DNA of 63,891 bases, counting the filler, from Octopus bimaculoides (Eukaryota), in assembly GCF_001194135.2 (NCBI RefSeq). It is 7 parts of 7 records of this genome, joined end to end, with 100 filler letters (N's around TTAATTAATTAA, not from the genome) between each part and the next. Parts side by side here need not be neighbours in the genome. Positions count along the whole stretch, not along the records: positions 19,472 to 43,479 come from NC_068983.1; positions 43,580 to 51,711 come from NC_068993.1; positions 51,812 to 59,169 come from NW_026347560.1; 4 more parts are not named here. One strand, given 5' to 3'. Shown here piece by piece: positions 39,395 to 52,109 of this stretch. The position numbers were made by a program, and so were the translations under genes. How positions within the stretch are numbered: the stretch's first letter is position 1; the number at the start of each line of letters is the position of its first letter. The notes below the pieces were generated by a model. It did no database searches and was not told the origin of the DNA. It saw nothing but the letters and a program-made list of their open reading frames with translations.

Positions 39395-42300
39395 NNNNNN
39401 NNNNNNNNNNNNNNNNNNNNNNNNNNNNNNNNNNNNNNNNNNNNNNNNNNNNNNNNNNNNNNNNNNNNNNNNNNNNNNNNNNNNNNNNNNNNNNNNNNNN
39501 NNNNNNNNNNNNNNNNNNNNNNNNNNNNNNNNNNNNNNNNNNNNNNNNNNNNNNNNNNNNNNNNNNNNNNNNNNNNNNNNNNNNNNNNNNNNNNNNNNNN
39601 NNNNNNNNNNNNNNNNNNNNNNNNNNNNNNNNNNNNNNNNNNNNNNNNNNNNNNNNNNNNNNNNNNNNNNNNNNNNNNNNNNNNNNNNNNNNNNNNNNNN
39701 NNNNNNNNNNNNNNNNNNNNNNNNNNNNNNNNNNNNNNNNNNNNNNNNNNNNNNNNNNNNNNNNNNNNNNNNNNNNNNNNNNNNNNNNNNNNNNNNNNNN
39801 NNNNNNNNNNNNNNNNNNNNNNNNNNNNNNNNNNNNNNNNNNNNNNNNNNNNNNNNNNNNNNNNNNNNNNNNNNNNNNNNNNNNNNNNNNNNNNNNNNNN
39901 NNNNNNNNNNNNNNNNNNNNNNNNNNNNNNNNNNNNNNNNNNNNNNNNNNNNNNNNNNNNNNNNNNNNNNNNNNNNNNNNNNNNNNNNNNNNNNNNNNNN
40001 NNNNNNNNNNNNNNNNNNNNNNNNNNNNNNNNTAAATATATAAATATGCGCGCGTGTGTGTGTATTTGGGTACCCGTATGTGTGTGCACACATGCACATA
40101 CATAATCTCCCTGCACAATTGCAAACCCACACACATACATCATGGCACCACGTATTCACGTGTACCCTATTCACTATATATATAACTGCATATTTATATA
40201 TATATATATATAAATATGCGTGACGTACATTTGAAGGTGAACACGTAGAAACTCATACAACCATATTCTTGATGTACTCACAGATACAGGTCACACATTA
40301 TACACTTCGACATCACTGTACACACTCAACTATGCATTCACAGAAATCTAAGTAAATACAAGCATTACTTCATATTCAAATCTTGAACTATCTACTCTCA
40401 TTTACCTGCGCTCAATCACATACTCACCTTTCTGCTATTTTCATCCTTTCTGGTGCACGTCCTCACTTTGAAAAACAGTAGTTTATGTCGATCTGCATAG
40501 TTTGTTTTGCAAGATTCTTGATGTGAAATGGTATCAAATGCTATTGTATCTTGGGAACTTCCATAGTCAATCAAATACACAAAAATTGTATTTCATTTCC
40601 TTTTATTATTAAAATAATTTACTAATTAACCACTTACCTAATCGATTGCTAGATTATACATTCGTTGAATCAATCGGTTGAGTAGTCAGCATTCGTTCGT
40701 CTGTCACAGTCATAAACTAGATATATTGTTTAACTCAGTACTTCACTTTTGTAACTGTGTAGGAATGCGCGACGACCTTGACTTCCTATTCTTTTTCTAA
40801 ATTTCCTGCTATCTTAAATATTCGGGCTACTTTCCTCCATTTAAATTAACATTTCCTGACTCAAGTATGTTCATTAATACGTATTATAAAATACGACTAA
40901 AATTGCGCAAACTGCATATAAGCTGAAAACGCACTTTGATTTATACACACGAACTGCATCTCAGTCTCATGCACACTCCCAACATACACATACGCATTTA
41001 TCTCACATGCAACTGTACATTCTAGGATAAAACATCCTTATTGGATCACATACATAGCGCTCCTGCCGCATAACACGCTTCCACAGTATGTGAATAAACA
41101 TCTGCATATTTGTTACACAGCTGCTCTTAAATCCATTCTAAGCTTATGCAAACACACAATGCACACGTAGACATGGGTGTATACAGTTCCACTATACATG
41201 CAAAACATACACTCGTCACGCACATCAACATATATAAGCCTATACAAAACAAAATTGGGCACCATCCGCATCTACCAATAATTCAGAATGTTCACGTTAA
41301 TGAGCACAGAATTTGCTAGGAACACGCCTCTCATTACCACTGCTAATGGAATGTTCATGAAACGGTGATTCCATAGGTTAAGGATGTCTTTCCTTTCTCA
41401 ACCAAATATTTTCTAAGTAATGTAGTTTCCATGTTTTCTTTTTACTACTTTCGGGGTAGTAATAAATGTCCGAGGCAGTTTTCCACTCATTTAAGGTAAA
41501 AAAAATTTGAATGCAATTAAGAATTTTGAATACACACTACAGCACATATTCTACACGTTTCTTCCTTTCACATGTTTGTACACAATTTTACCATTCAGTT
41601 TGTGTCTCTAACGGTTAATCACATTAAATTGATAGTGATAATAATTAAATATATTATATACGTCTTGTTTCATATGCTTTATGAATTAAATTTGCATATT
41701 TGATCTAAACATTTTTTGTTGGCAAAGTGCATAGAATCACATCCTCACGTTGATGCATGAAACAATATTATAGAGCAGAGTCTAGTGCTCGTGATAATCC
41801 CATATACTTCACATAACTATGTTAGCTGAATCTGTGTCAAGAATTTTCAAAGTAATTGTTTCTTAGTGACATTGCCATGGCACCATAAAAATATCTATAA
41901 TGTGGTAGAATATGAATATCTATCAGATATTTGAAAAGTTATTAATGCATAACATTTTGTTTTTTGCTAACAACATTTATTTTATTTTATTTATGTAAAA
42001 TGGAATCTTAGAAATATAAGCAGAGATAATAAATATTGTGCGAAATTCTTTGTGATACTAAACAATAGATCTAATAAGTATTCTCAGCGAAAAAGTCTTT
42101 TGATAAAAACTTGCTCCGATTGTCATAGGGGTTAGATTTTGATAATTCATACATAGCTATGCCTTTTTATATTGTAGCAATAATTTGTAATATATATTTC
42201 TTTAGACTGAAAAATATACAATAGCACCACTTCTTTTATTATATGAATGTTATTTATCGTAGTAATAGTCGGGGATACTATACTGAGAATCAGTAAATAA

Positions 42301-42840
42301 AGTTACTTCAAAATTATTTAGCAACTGCTAGTCTGTATTTCAATTTGATTCTGTTTCAATACCACGAATATGCGCGGCTTTTTGACTTACATTTTCTACT
42401 GTGAAAACAATATTAACTTAATTATCTTCATGTAATGTACTGTAATATATGTTTATATTAATGTCTGCATATAGATAAACAAAAATAATCAAGTTTTAAA
42501 CTGGTGGATCACTCGCGACTTTTGATCGGATTAATCTATATTCCTACATTTACAAGTGAAAGTTTATTGTTATTTCAAATCTTTTAGCGAGGCAGACTGC
42601 ATCACATTATTTGATGTTGTCTGAATGAAGTATGGTGACAAATACGTACCATGTATTTCAAGGTAATTGCTAAAATGTTACTTGTGAAAATAACACACAC
42701 ACACGCACGCACACACACACACACACACACGTACGCACACATACACTATATATGTGCTTGTATGATTATATATACTTTTATATATGCGTATACACACACA
42801 CACACATATCTCGGAAAATATAATTATCACTAAATGCAAC

Positions 42841-43381
42841 CAAGGGTATTGAGACCCCAACATTGCTAAATATAAGAGCTAAAATACACTAATAAATGCA
42901 CATCTTGTATACATAATATGCTCATAGGAGCTGCAATCGACCAAAAACACCGACTCGACAACTGAACGATCAGTTTCGACAATTTCTGTAGCTACTTTAT
43001 TAAGGACCGCTCGTTCGGCTATTTCCAGGTTATTCCACCGTCAGTATATATGTAATTAGCATAAAAAATTTATGGATGATTTAGCGAATCGCTAATGTGT
43101 ATACAACATTAATATAAACTGCCGTGCGTAATATGTTACCATAAAGAAAAAATCTAATCGTCAATAAATGCATCTAAGGGTATCGAGACACATACATTAC
43201 TAGAAATATGAGCAAAAATGTTACGGAAATAGTGGAAACTAAACGTTCATGTATAGGGAATTCTGTGTTGGTGAAATAATAGCCACTGCCACCATATATG
43301 TATATAATTTTGTGCTTTCACTACAACATTAGAGCATTTTAGCTCTTATTTCTAGCAATGTAGATGTCTCGATACACTTAG
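42841..43381. repeat. Three copies of a ~47-bp motif (two direct, one inverted)
   Basis: aag(g/t)gtat(c/t)gagac...acatt(g/a)cta.aaata..agc.aaaat at 42841(+), 43174(+), 43335-43381(-). Confidence 0.75.
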
Positions 43382-43579
43382 TCGAATTTAGCGACAGTTA
43401 TATATTTCCTTTAGGGTGACACATTGCGCATGACTGCTTATATTAATTTTTGTGTGTGTATATATATATATATATATATNNNNNNNNNNNNNNNNNNNNN
43501 NNNNNNNNNNNNNNNNNNNNNNNTTAATTAATTAANNNNNNNNNNNNNNNNNNNNNNNNNNNNNNNNNNNNNNNNNNNN

Positions 43580-44010
43580 ATATATGGGCCGGTATGAATT
43601 GATCGGCATGTACCGCATCGGCTATCATTGCATTTGGATACAGTGAATGTTTGATTTTTGTTGCTGAGGTCAAACCTTGCCTTTGTTAATAGCTTTTTCA
43701 AGTTTTTAGGTTGTCTCTTACTGAAAGTTATATTTTGATCTGTGATGATATTTCTCAATTCCTTACTTTGTGCAAGGATCGGTAAGTTCGCTTTGGCGAT
43801 ATTAAAGATGTTCTGGTGGCATGGATTTTGTGTCACTATAAATGGAATGATCTTTTCCTGTTTGTCTCTTCTTTGTGGTGTCCTCAGTTGTTGTATGGGT
43901 ATTTTCGAAGCCCGCTGAATACCATTTTCTATGAGTAGTAATGGGTACTTTTGATTTAGCAGAAATTCTTTCAGTTCCATCAGGCGTTGATTTCTGGTCT
44001 CTCTAGATCA
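43580..44010 (-). mobile_element. Penelope-like element fragment (RT thumb to GIY-YIG linker)
   Basis: RNQRLMELKEFLLNQKYP...IPFIVTQNP...KRQPKNLKKLLTKA...KCNDSRCGTC. Confidence 0.85.
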
Positions 44011-44437
44011 TTCCATTTATACTGGGGTTTAAAAATCTATCAAATGTCATCATTTCTAAAAATAAACTTGGCATCAACTCTAAAAATAGCCAAACACATA
44101 CTGCTGCTGTCCAAAGGAATTGGTATAAAAGACAGAAAACCATCCAGTATATTACAGTCTGTTACAGTCTGTCATACCGGCCATGATGAAATACCACAAG
44201 GTATAGAAAATACGTATTCGCCTTTATATATTTATATATTTAATCTTTTATATTGGACACTCAATATTTCATATATTCAATAAGACATATTCCATATATT
44301 CAATAAGACATTCAATACTTCATCTCATTGTACCATCCATCTTTCTTTATATTATATATTCCATATCCCACATTTATTTTACAAGAATATAAATTAAAAA
44401 AACATAAAAAACAGACAGAGTTGGAACTCTTTTAAAT

Positions 44438-44481
<44 letters not shown>

Positions 44482-44819
44482 CAGAGAGAGAAACATGCAT
44501 ACATATACACACATAGGACTGCATGTGCTTTGAGTACATAATTTTTGTATATCATTATGTATATTTGTATGTATATATTTTTCTGGTCCTTATTATTTCT
44601 GTATATTTGTTAGAGATACACTAAGACACGTACATCTACAGACAATCATATTCACCATACACAAATGGTCGACATGCGCAGAAAATTATTAGACAATTAT
44701 AAGCATAAACTATTTAGTAATTCAAAGTGATGCTTTGTTCTATGTGGGAATCATGGAATTATAAGAAATATTATTTTCGGTTTCTATATACAATTGTTTT
44801 AAAAAGACAGTGCTCTGAG

Positions 44820-45450
44820 AGTCGAGGATCGGTAGAGATTCAGGAAAAAGTCCCGAAAAAGGAGGACCTCAATGATAATTTTTGGCTTATAACTCTGCTA
44901 AACACCGATCTTTAGATTTTGGTCAAAGTTTAGCAAAGCGGTTGACACTTGACATCAATAGTTTGATTTGTGATGTGCTAACAAAAGCAGTCCTAATCAG
45001 ATCTATTCAGGACAACTTTCACCTCATGCGATGCATCACAATGAGGATAGGTAAGGAACCTGGCTTGGGTGCGGTATTGATCAACTTAGATAAATCGAAA
45101 ACTTTTGATCGATTCGAGCAACAATTCTCGACGGCAGTCGATTTCGGTCCCTTCTCGGGTGGTTGGATCGCCGCAATATACATCGATATCTGCACGATGC
45201 TTAGAGTAAAGAGCCACCTATCAGAATCAAACAGTATCATGTACGCTCAGCCGGTCAAGGTTGTTCTCGGTGTTATCTTCTGTGTGTATTCATGAACCAC
45301 TACTCTGGAAACTAGAGATATTGAGGGTCATCTCAAGCGAACAAGGACATGAAATTTCACTGTCTTTGTGTTGGACGTAAAGCACATTGGGGTGATTGGA
45401 ACCGCTCTTAGGGACTAACAGGCGTTGACTGGAGCCAAAATGAATTAGGA
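44820..45450 (+). mobile_element. Degenerate L1/Tx1-type reverse transcriptase fragment
   Basis: WLITLLNTDL*ILVKVLAKRL...RSIQDNFHLMR...LINLDKSKTFDR, read across frames. Confidence 0.75.
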
Positions 45451-45729
45451 AATGTCGGTAGGCCTGAAAATCATTTTCGTTGCTTCGTCTATTCCATTTT
45501 GTCTCATTTAAGGAGTCATCAAACTACCTTCTAAGGCTGGCGGCTAGTTCTGATACTGCTACAATGGATACTGCCACAGTGAGCGAGATCTAATCACCTA
45601 CCTCCTCCCTCTATAGTGAGAGGCTTCGTGGCTTCATACGTTTGAGGCTCATTCTAGATGAAGTGACTATCTCAACTAACTGCATCTGTATCCTGTGTTT
45701 TCTCTTTACTTGAGGAAAGTACAATAGTT

Positions 45730-46091
45730 CATTATTTACATTTGACGGATATTTGTCCTCATCTTGTTTGTTGTTAACACAACGTTTCGGCTGATATACC
45801 CTCCAGCCTTCATATGGCGTACTGGTTAAGAGCGCGGGCTACTAACCCCAAGATTCCAAGTTCTATTCCAAGCAGTGACCTGAATAATAATGATAATAAT
45901 AATAATAACAACATCGAAAAATACCTTGGGAATGAGAACCCAGGTTCGAAATTTCCCCGAGACACCTGATGAAGGCTGAGGGTATATCAGCCGAAACGTT
46001 GTGTTAACAACAAACACGATGAGGACAAATATCCATCAAATGTAAATAATGTAAATAATGTACATAATTCCTGATCTCTTAAATATAGAAC
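45730..46091 (+). mobile_element. tRNA-headed SINE (S5) with hammerhead-bearing tail, preceded by an inverted copy of its own 3' end; 12-bp TSD
   Basis: Inverted tail 45730-45813; sense copy 45814-46091; agtacaatagtt at 45718-29 and 46092-103. Confidence 0.9.
45961..46005 (+). ncRNA. Minimal type I hammerhead ribozyme motif
   Basis: gacac CTGATGA a ggctg agggtatat cagcc GAAAC GTT gtgt; stem I acac/gtgt, stem II ggctg/cagcc, palindromic ACGT stem III. Confidence 0.75.
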
Positions 46092-46129
46092 AGTACAATA
46101 GTTTTATCAATAAAGGTTTTTAAATGAGG

Positions 46130-46700
46130 CGTTCGCTACTCGTTTCCAGTATTTGCCAGACATGTGCCACTCATCACTGCCTTCAACATTTCATTGCCAG
46201 CACGAACGCCACTGGAGAAATGTCGCAGCCCATTAATATGCCAACTTTTAGATTTATCCAGTCTGTTATAAAATCTTTTGTGGAATATCAAGAAAGAACC
46301 TTTTCAACATTTCTTGGATGTTCTGTGATATGATACATCTCAAGATCTAATTGGATCAATTTGTATGCGACTGATCCATAGCTATTCGCATATCGAACCA
46401 CGCAGCATCATAGTCCTTCTCCGGTCTAGTTTTCGGAATGCGTGCCAAATCATCGAGACATACTCTATGCATCTGTACACCCCTGGGATACAGTCTTTCG
46501 CGTTGGCCTAGTCAAGCCAAATGGCAAAGGGGAAAAAGGGCATCAAACGCTATGTCTAATGTTGTGAGAAAAGAAGGAGTTTCTTCTTCTAGTTCGATAA
46601 CAGAGATTTGCCGAGATGCATTCAACTTGTAAAAATTTCTGATCTTAAGATATGATGGACGGTGCATTCCTTCCTTCTAACAAGGATGTCTGCTCCTTCG
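46130..46700 (-). mobile_element. Degenerate RT fragment of an RLE-type LINE
   Basis: FYKLNAS..., RGVQMHRVCLDD, AAWFDMRIAMDQ resemble RT domains 1-3 of R4-like elements. Confidence 0.45.
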
Positions 46701-47130
46701 ACGACATAGTGCCTACACTTTTTTGAATTTATGTATACATGAGTAAATACATACATACATACATACATTTATACACACACTCACACACAAATATCTATAT
46801 GTATGTATGAATATTTCTTCGCCTCTAAACAACATCACTGTTTGGGGGGGGGGGGGTTAATGCAAAGTTTGATGTTCAACTAAAAATATTTCACTAGCCT
46901 CCAGCTATGATAATTTTCGACAAATTACTATGATATTTTGTATATCATCTAACTGAGCAGTTAAGCTGGATTTTTATTGGCTGTATTGACTGTGTTGGCA
47001 TCGCAGAAAAAGGAAAATTGATTGGAAACGTATCAATCAAGAGAAATATTTGTACCCCTGCCAAAATTTCCATACCGAACTTAAGGAAATTACTTATTTT
47101 ATGTTTTCTAACACACACACACACACATAC

Positions 47131-47598
47131 CAGTCTTGAGAAATTAGGCTTCTCAAAACCAGAAAGAAGAAAGCTAATTCGAAGACTACCGATCGAATCC
47201 ATCACTGGAACTGTAAAAATCTGGAAAGCTTTTCACAAGTTTGTCATTTAAACATATATGAACATATCTAGATATGCAACTATACGCATGAAAATACATA
47301 CATACATACAGTTACTCTATCCAGATTACAAGTTCAGATTTATACCTGTAATTATTGGGACCCTGGGATATGTAACGCACTGCCTAAACACAAATCTTGA
47401 AATCAGAAAGGATAAATCTAATTCGAAGACTAAAGATCCAGTCCATCACTAGAACTGTAAAAATCTGTAAAACTTTCTAGAAGTTTATCATTTAAATATA
47501 TATGAGCATGTCTAGTTATGTAACTATGCACGAGAATATATACACAAAACATACAAATCTGCACCTACATACATACATACATACATACATACATACAT
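47131..47598 (+). mobile_element. Two tandem 3' ends of the RLE family seen at 8255, each ending in (CATA)n
   Basis: ctaattcgaagact...tccatcact.gaactgtaaaaatctg repeated; LLYPDYKFRFIPVIIGTLG matches the 8640 region. Confidence 0.85.
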
Positions 47599-47686
47599 GC
47601 CCTGTTGTTGATGTTGAAATTCCAATGAAGGATCTTTAGATCTAAGTTAGAAACGGATTCTTTTTATATTGGCAAGAAATTTTGAA

Positions 47687-47825
47687 CATTATTCACATTA
47701 CGGATATTTGTCCTCATCTTGTTTGTTGTTAACACAACATTTCGGCTGATATACCCTCTAGCCTTCATCAGGTGTCTTGGGGAAATTTCCAGCCTGGGTT
47801 CTCATTCCTAAGGTATTTTTCGATG
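47687..47825 (-). mobile_element. S5 SINE 3' half with hammerhead motif (47732-47776)
   Basis: Reverse complement of the 45913-46055 region with GAAAC changed to GAAAT. Confidence 0.85.
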
Positions 47826-47869
47826 GTTTCTATGCATGCACCTTGCTTAAGGTTTGATTTTGAAATTTT

Positions 47870-48420
47870 TTAATAGTTTGGGGATGTACCCAAGACTTTG
47901 ACACCCTATGAGATCAGTCTTAAACTGTCGCAATTCGGCAGTTACAGCAAAATCATGGAACGTAAGGGAATTCCAAATAAGTGATGTTTTGTGGTAGAAG
48001 GGCAAAATAAAGTAGTCTGAGTGGACAGGGGGTTATTACAAAATGAATGACAAGAGGAGTGACGAATTGCATGGAAGTGACTGGTTGAGCTGAATATGAG
48101 ACAAACCGACCATATATAGAGAGAGAGACTGTTCTAGTAGCGGTGAAAAGGGAAAATGGGGAGATGTAATGACTATGGATGAAATGTTGGTATGTTTTGG
48201 AGAAATCATTTCATGTCATTCAGTTGTGTGAGAGTTTTGATGTTTCTCGGGTACTGTCTAAGATATTTCTATGTGTAGCAGTAATACCGCCTCTCTCAGG
48301 TAATTGTTGGGGCAGTATTAACTTCATTGTGGATCGTACTAGAGCTTCGTAGATATAGTATTTAATTAGACTGTGTGTTCAGCAAACTGAGTCGTGTAGT
48401 CTTGAGATCACGCTATATAT
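47870..48420 (-). mobile_element. Degenerate CR1/Jockey-like RT C-terminal fragment
   Basis: IYEALVRSTM... and FYHKTSLIWNSL...LRQFK motifs. Confidence 0.45.
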
Positions 48421-50149
48421 TTTAAGTCTCAACTATAGCAACATAAAGCGCATCTTTGCTGTATGTTGCTATAAAGTTTATTTTCAGTGAGAAGAACAAT
48501 AACACTCAACACTAGTTAACGAAACATTATGTTGGTGAAACAATAATGAATCTGCTCGGTTAATGAATAAAACAAAAGCTTGTTTTGTCTTTAAACATAA
48601 AATTGTATTGGTATTTCCGTTGCAGACAAAACAGAGATTGGTGATAATTAAATCAATAAATAAAATTACAAATTAAAATAAAATACAATTAGACATTATA
48701 TTGTCTTCGTTTTTTTGTTTTCTGACTTGTATTTAATGTTTTGAAAAAATATGTTGGCTTTTTGAGATTCTCCCCTTCTTTCTACAACCTCTTTTAGCAG
48801 ACTAATACTTTTCAGTAATTTTATTTATAGATTCTAACCAGAAAAAGTAACTTAACACTATGATGTTTCTGCTTGAATAGGAATTATTCAGTCATAACTC
48901 TTGAATTGGCCCCTTTGTCTTTTTCTTCTTTCTTTTCTTCTCCGGGATTTCGGTAATTTCTGCATCAAAGACTTCGAAAATTCTCTACTGAGAATCATCG
49001 CCTTCATTTACATACATCTATTATTGGGAGAAAATTGCTGAAGGTGGTGACAAATGTTGATATATGCACAAACATCTTTACAAATTTAAATTAAAAGAAG
49101 ACTATTACCTCCAAAAAACTAAAATGGAAGTCATGCATTTCTAGAACATTAGGAACCAATTGATGTTGATAGCTATCGGAAAGCAATGGAGATTTCTGCT
49201 TTAGTACTTGCATGCCAGAGTCGCTCAAGTGGAAAAATTTAGCCTGGAACTATTTGCATGCATTAAATTTAAATGGGGTTGAATAAAAGAAAAAAATTGT
49301 AACTATCACTACAAAGAAATTTATATATGGAAAGAATAAAATACTATAAGTAAAATGGAATTTTAATTTTGGTTCGTTATTGAATGTTTTTAAATCATTT
49401 GATATTTCCAAATTGTCGTCGAAATATTTCCCCTCTCTTATTATTTGTATGACTGGAGGATATTTAAAACATTAGTAAAAGTGTTAACAGGTGAATGCAA
49501 ACAAGGAACAGTATCTTATTGTTATGCAAGATGCTGTTGTTACTTGATATTGTTATTGTTGACATTTTTAGAAGTTTATCTTTTTTCTTCATCGTGAGTA
49601 CGATTAACATATTTCTGGATGTAACTACCCTAACCCTATGAGCTGTATTTACCAGGGTTTCCTCAGTTAGGACACAATGACTAATAGCAAGTAAATCTGT
49701 ACAAGTAATCTACAGAGGGGACAAAAAAATCATAAAATTGATATTGATCGCATCCACCTCCCCAAAAAAGAAACTTAAAAACAAGGGGACACACGTCCTT
49801 GTTTTAGATACGATGTACTAGAATTCTTAATAATTTGAATGCAACAGAAATATATTTGGTTAAAAAATGCTTCTTACCACCACAAATTATTGTTGCTTAA
49901 CCCTAGAACAGCTGTAATCAAGCGTGAGCAGGGATGTTCCAAGCATCTTTTTTGCTTCGACTATACTAGCCAATGTATTATCTTTATTTTTAATATGGTA
50001 TAGTGTGATTTGAAAAAATAATTACAAAGAATTTTTGTCAATTTTATTCTACTGCTAATGTTGTTATGGATGCTGCTCTAACGACACTCAACGCACAATT
50101 GTATGCTCCTTTGAACTAATTTCAGCGTCAGATTATATATATATATAGT

Positions 50150-50300
50150 TGGAATTTACGAAAAAAAAAACAAAAGACGAAGACAGGTGTGAAAACAACA
50201 AACGAGTGTATTAGTTTAATGTTCGGGAAGGTGAGAAAGTCTTTTACATTTCGAGCCTACGCTCTTCAACAAAGGAGCACGAGAAAATAAACAGAGAGAG
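50150..50300 (-). mobile_element. Probable PLE-derived terminal repeat with degenerate HHR-like motif
   Basis: Minus strand ttgttgaa gagc gtag gctc gaaatgta aaag; abuts (TA)n. Confidence 0.45.
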
Positions 50301-50348
50301 AATAATAAAAAATAAAAAAAAAGCTTTAGTGGCTCTCCTGCATTGCAT

Positions 50349-50480
50349 AAATATGAGTGAATTTGTTGAACTGTGTTTAATAAGTTGAATCATATACTGT
50401 TTATATATATNNNNNNNNNNNNNNNNNNNNNNNNNNNNNNNNNNNNNNNNNNNNNNNNNNNNNNNNNNNNNNNNNNNNNN

Positions 50481-50567
<87 letters not shown>

Positions 50568-50616
50568 GTATATGATTCAACTTATTAAACACAGTTCAAC
50601 AAATTCATTCATATTT
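50349..50616. repeat. 54-bp inverted repeat flanking (TA)n-gap-(GA)n
   Basis: 50349-50402 vs reverse complement of 50563-50616, one mismatch. Confidence 0.85.
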
Positions 50617-52062
50617 GTCATGGAGGAGGTTAGATGTTAAAATGAATTATAATTCTTATTTTTCATGTTGCTATACAATTTGTTTCATACAAAAAGACAC
50701 AGATATTCGTAAATAGAAAATCTTAATAGTCATATTTGTACTCGTCAGTATCTGATATAAAAACTAAAAAAGATTTTAGAAGTACATAGATTTTCTCTTA
50801 GTTATCATTTTAGGATTATTGTATTCTTTCTTGCAGTCATATCTATTTAAATCAAGACTGTATTAATTGGCTGCTAATATAGGTAATATTAAAAACTGAC
50901 ATTCTCTCTATGAAATTCAATGTGTGTGTCTATTTAAAACTCCAAGTTGTATTTCTATGTACGTTGAGAAATACGAAATAAGGAGGTATCTGAATTTTCC
51001 AATACAAATTTAATTTTTACTTAACCGTCAATTATCCTTTCGACTTAAGATATTTTTAGAAAAAATAGTGGTTAATTATAGATTAAAGAAGAATTTCAGG
51101 TTTATAAAATTTATGATTTAAGTATTTATTGTAGAGCTAATATTCATAGACAAACATAAGTGCTATATGTCATAATTAATTATCTAGTCACAGTATTGAT
51201 ATATTTATAAGAAAATTTGGAAATAAATACTATACAAGTAATAAGGTCGAATTAAAGGGGATTACTTGCGTTATAAATTTATATAATCAAATCTAGAGCG
51301 ATTAGTATAAAAGGGTTTTTAGTGCGTGTCGAAATAGTTGTTTATATTATTATTGAGTATGCTTTCAAAGAAAGGAAAAAAGAACCAAAAAAGAGAGCAG
51401 GAGAAATGTGTTGTAATGTAGGGGAGACAATATACTTGGATATTTAACGGATATAATACAGGCAGACATAGATTTACATATTACAGGCGTAAATAGACTA
51501 ACAACACAGACATAGAAATATGTACACTCACATTATTTTGTATATACATACCAATACACATACTTATGCGCATACATACACATACAGCCACATATACATA
51601 CAGACACACGCATATATACATACAAATATAGATAGATAGATAGATAGGTTTCTTTATTAGCCACACAGGGCTCAACACAGAGGGGACAAAATACAAATGT
51701 AGAGTTTTTCTNNNNNNNNNNNNNNNNNNNNNNNNNNNNNNNNNNNNNNNNNNNNTTAATTAATTAANNNNNNNNNNNNNNNNNNNNNNNNNNNNNNNNN
51801 NNNNNNNNNNNTACATACATACATACATACATACATACATGCACGTATATAAATATAAGATAATAGAGGTCGAGAAGTTTAGTGGTATATAGACTGATAA
51901 CATTTTCAAGGTGTAGATAATTTCCCACGTCCTACTTGACCATCTGCTCGTCTACAGATATACAAGTACGTGTGTGTGAGCGCTTGTGTGCACGTAAATA
52001 CATACATGCTTACATGCCCACATACATACACATACGTTCATACGTTTACATATATGGGTATT

Positions 52063-52109
<47 letters not shown>

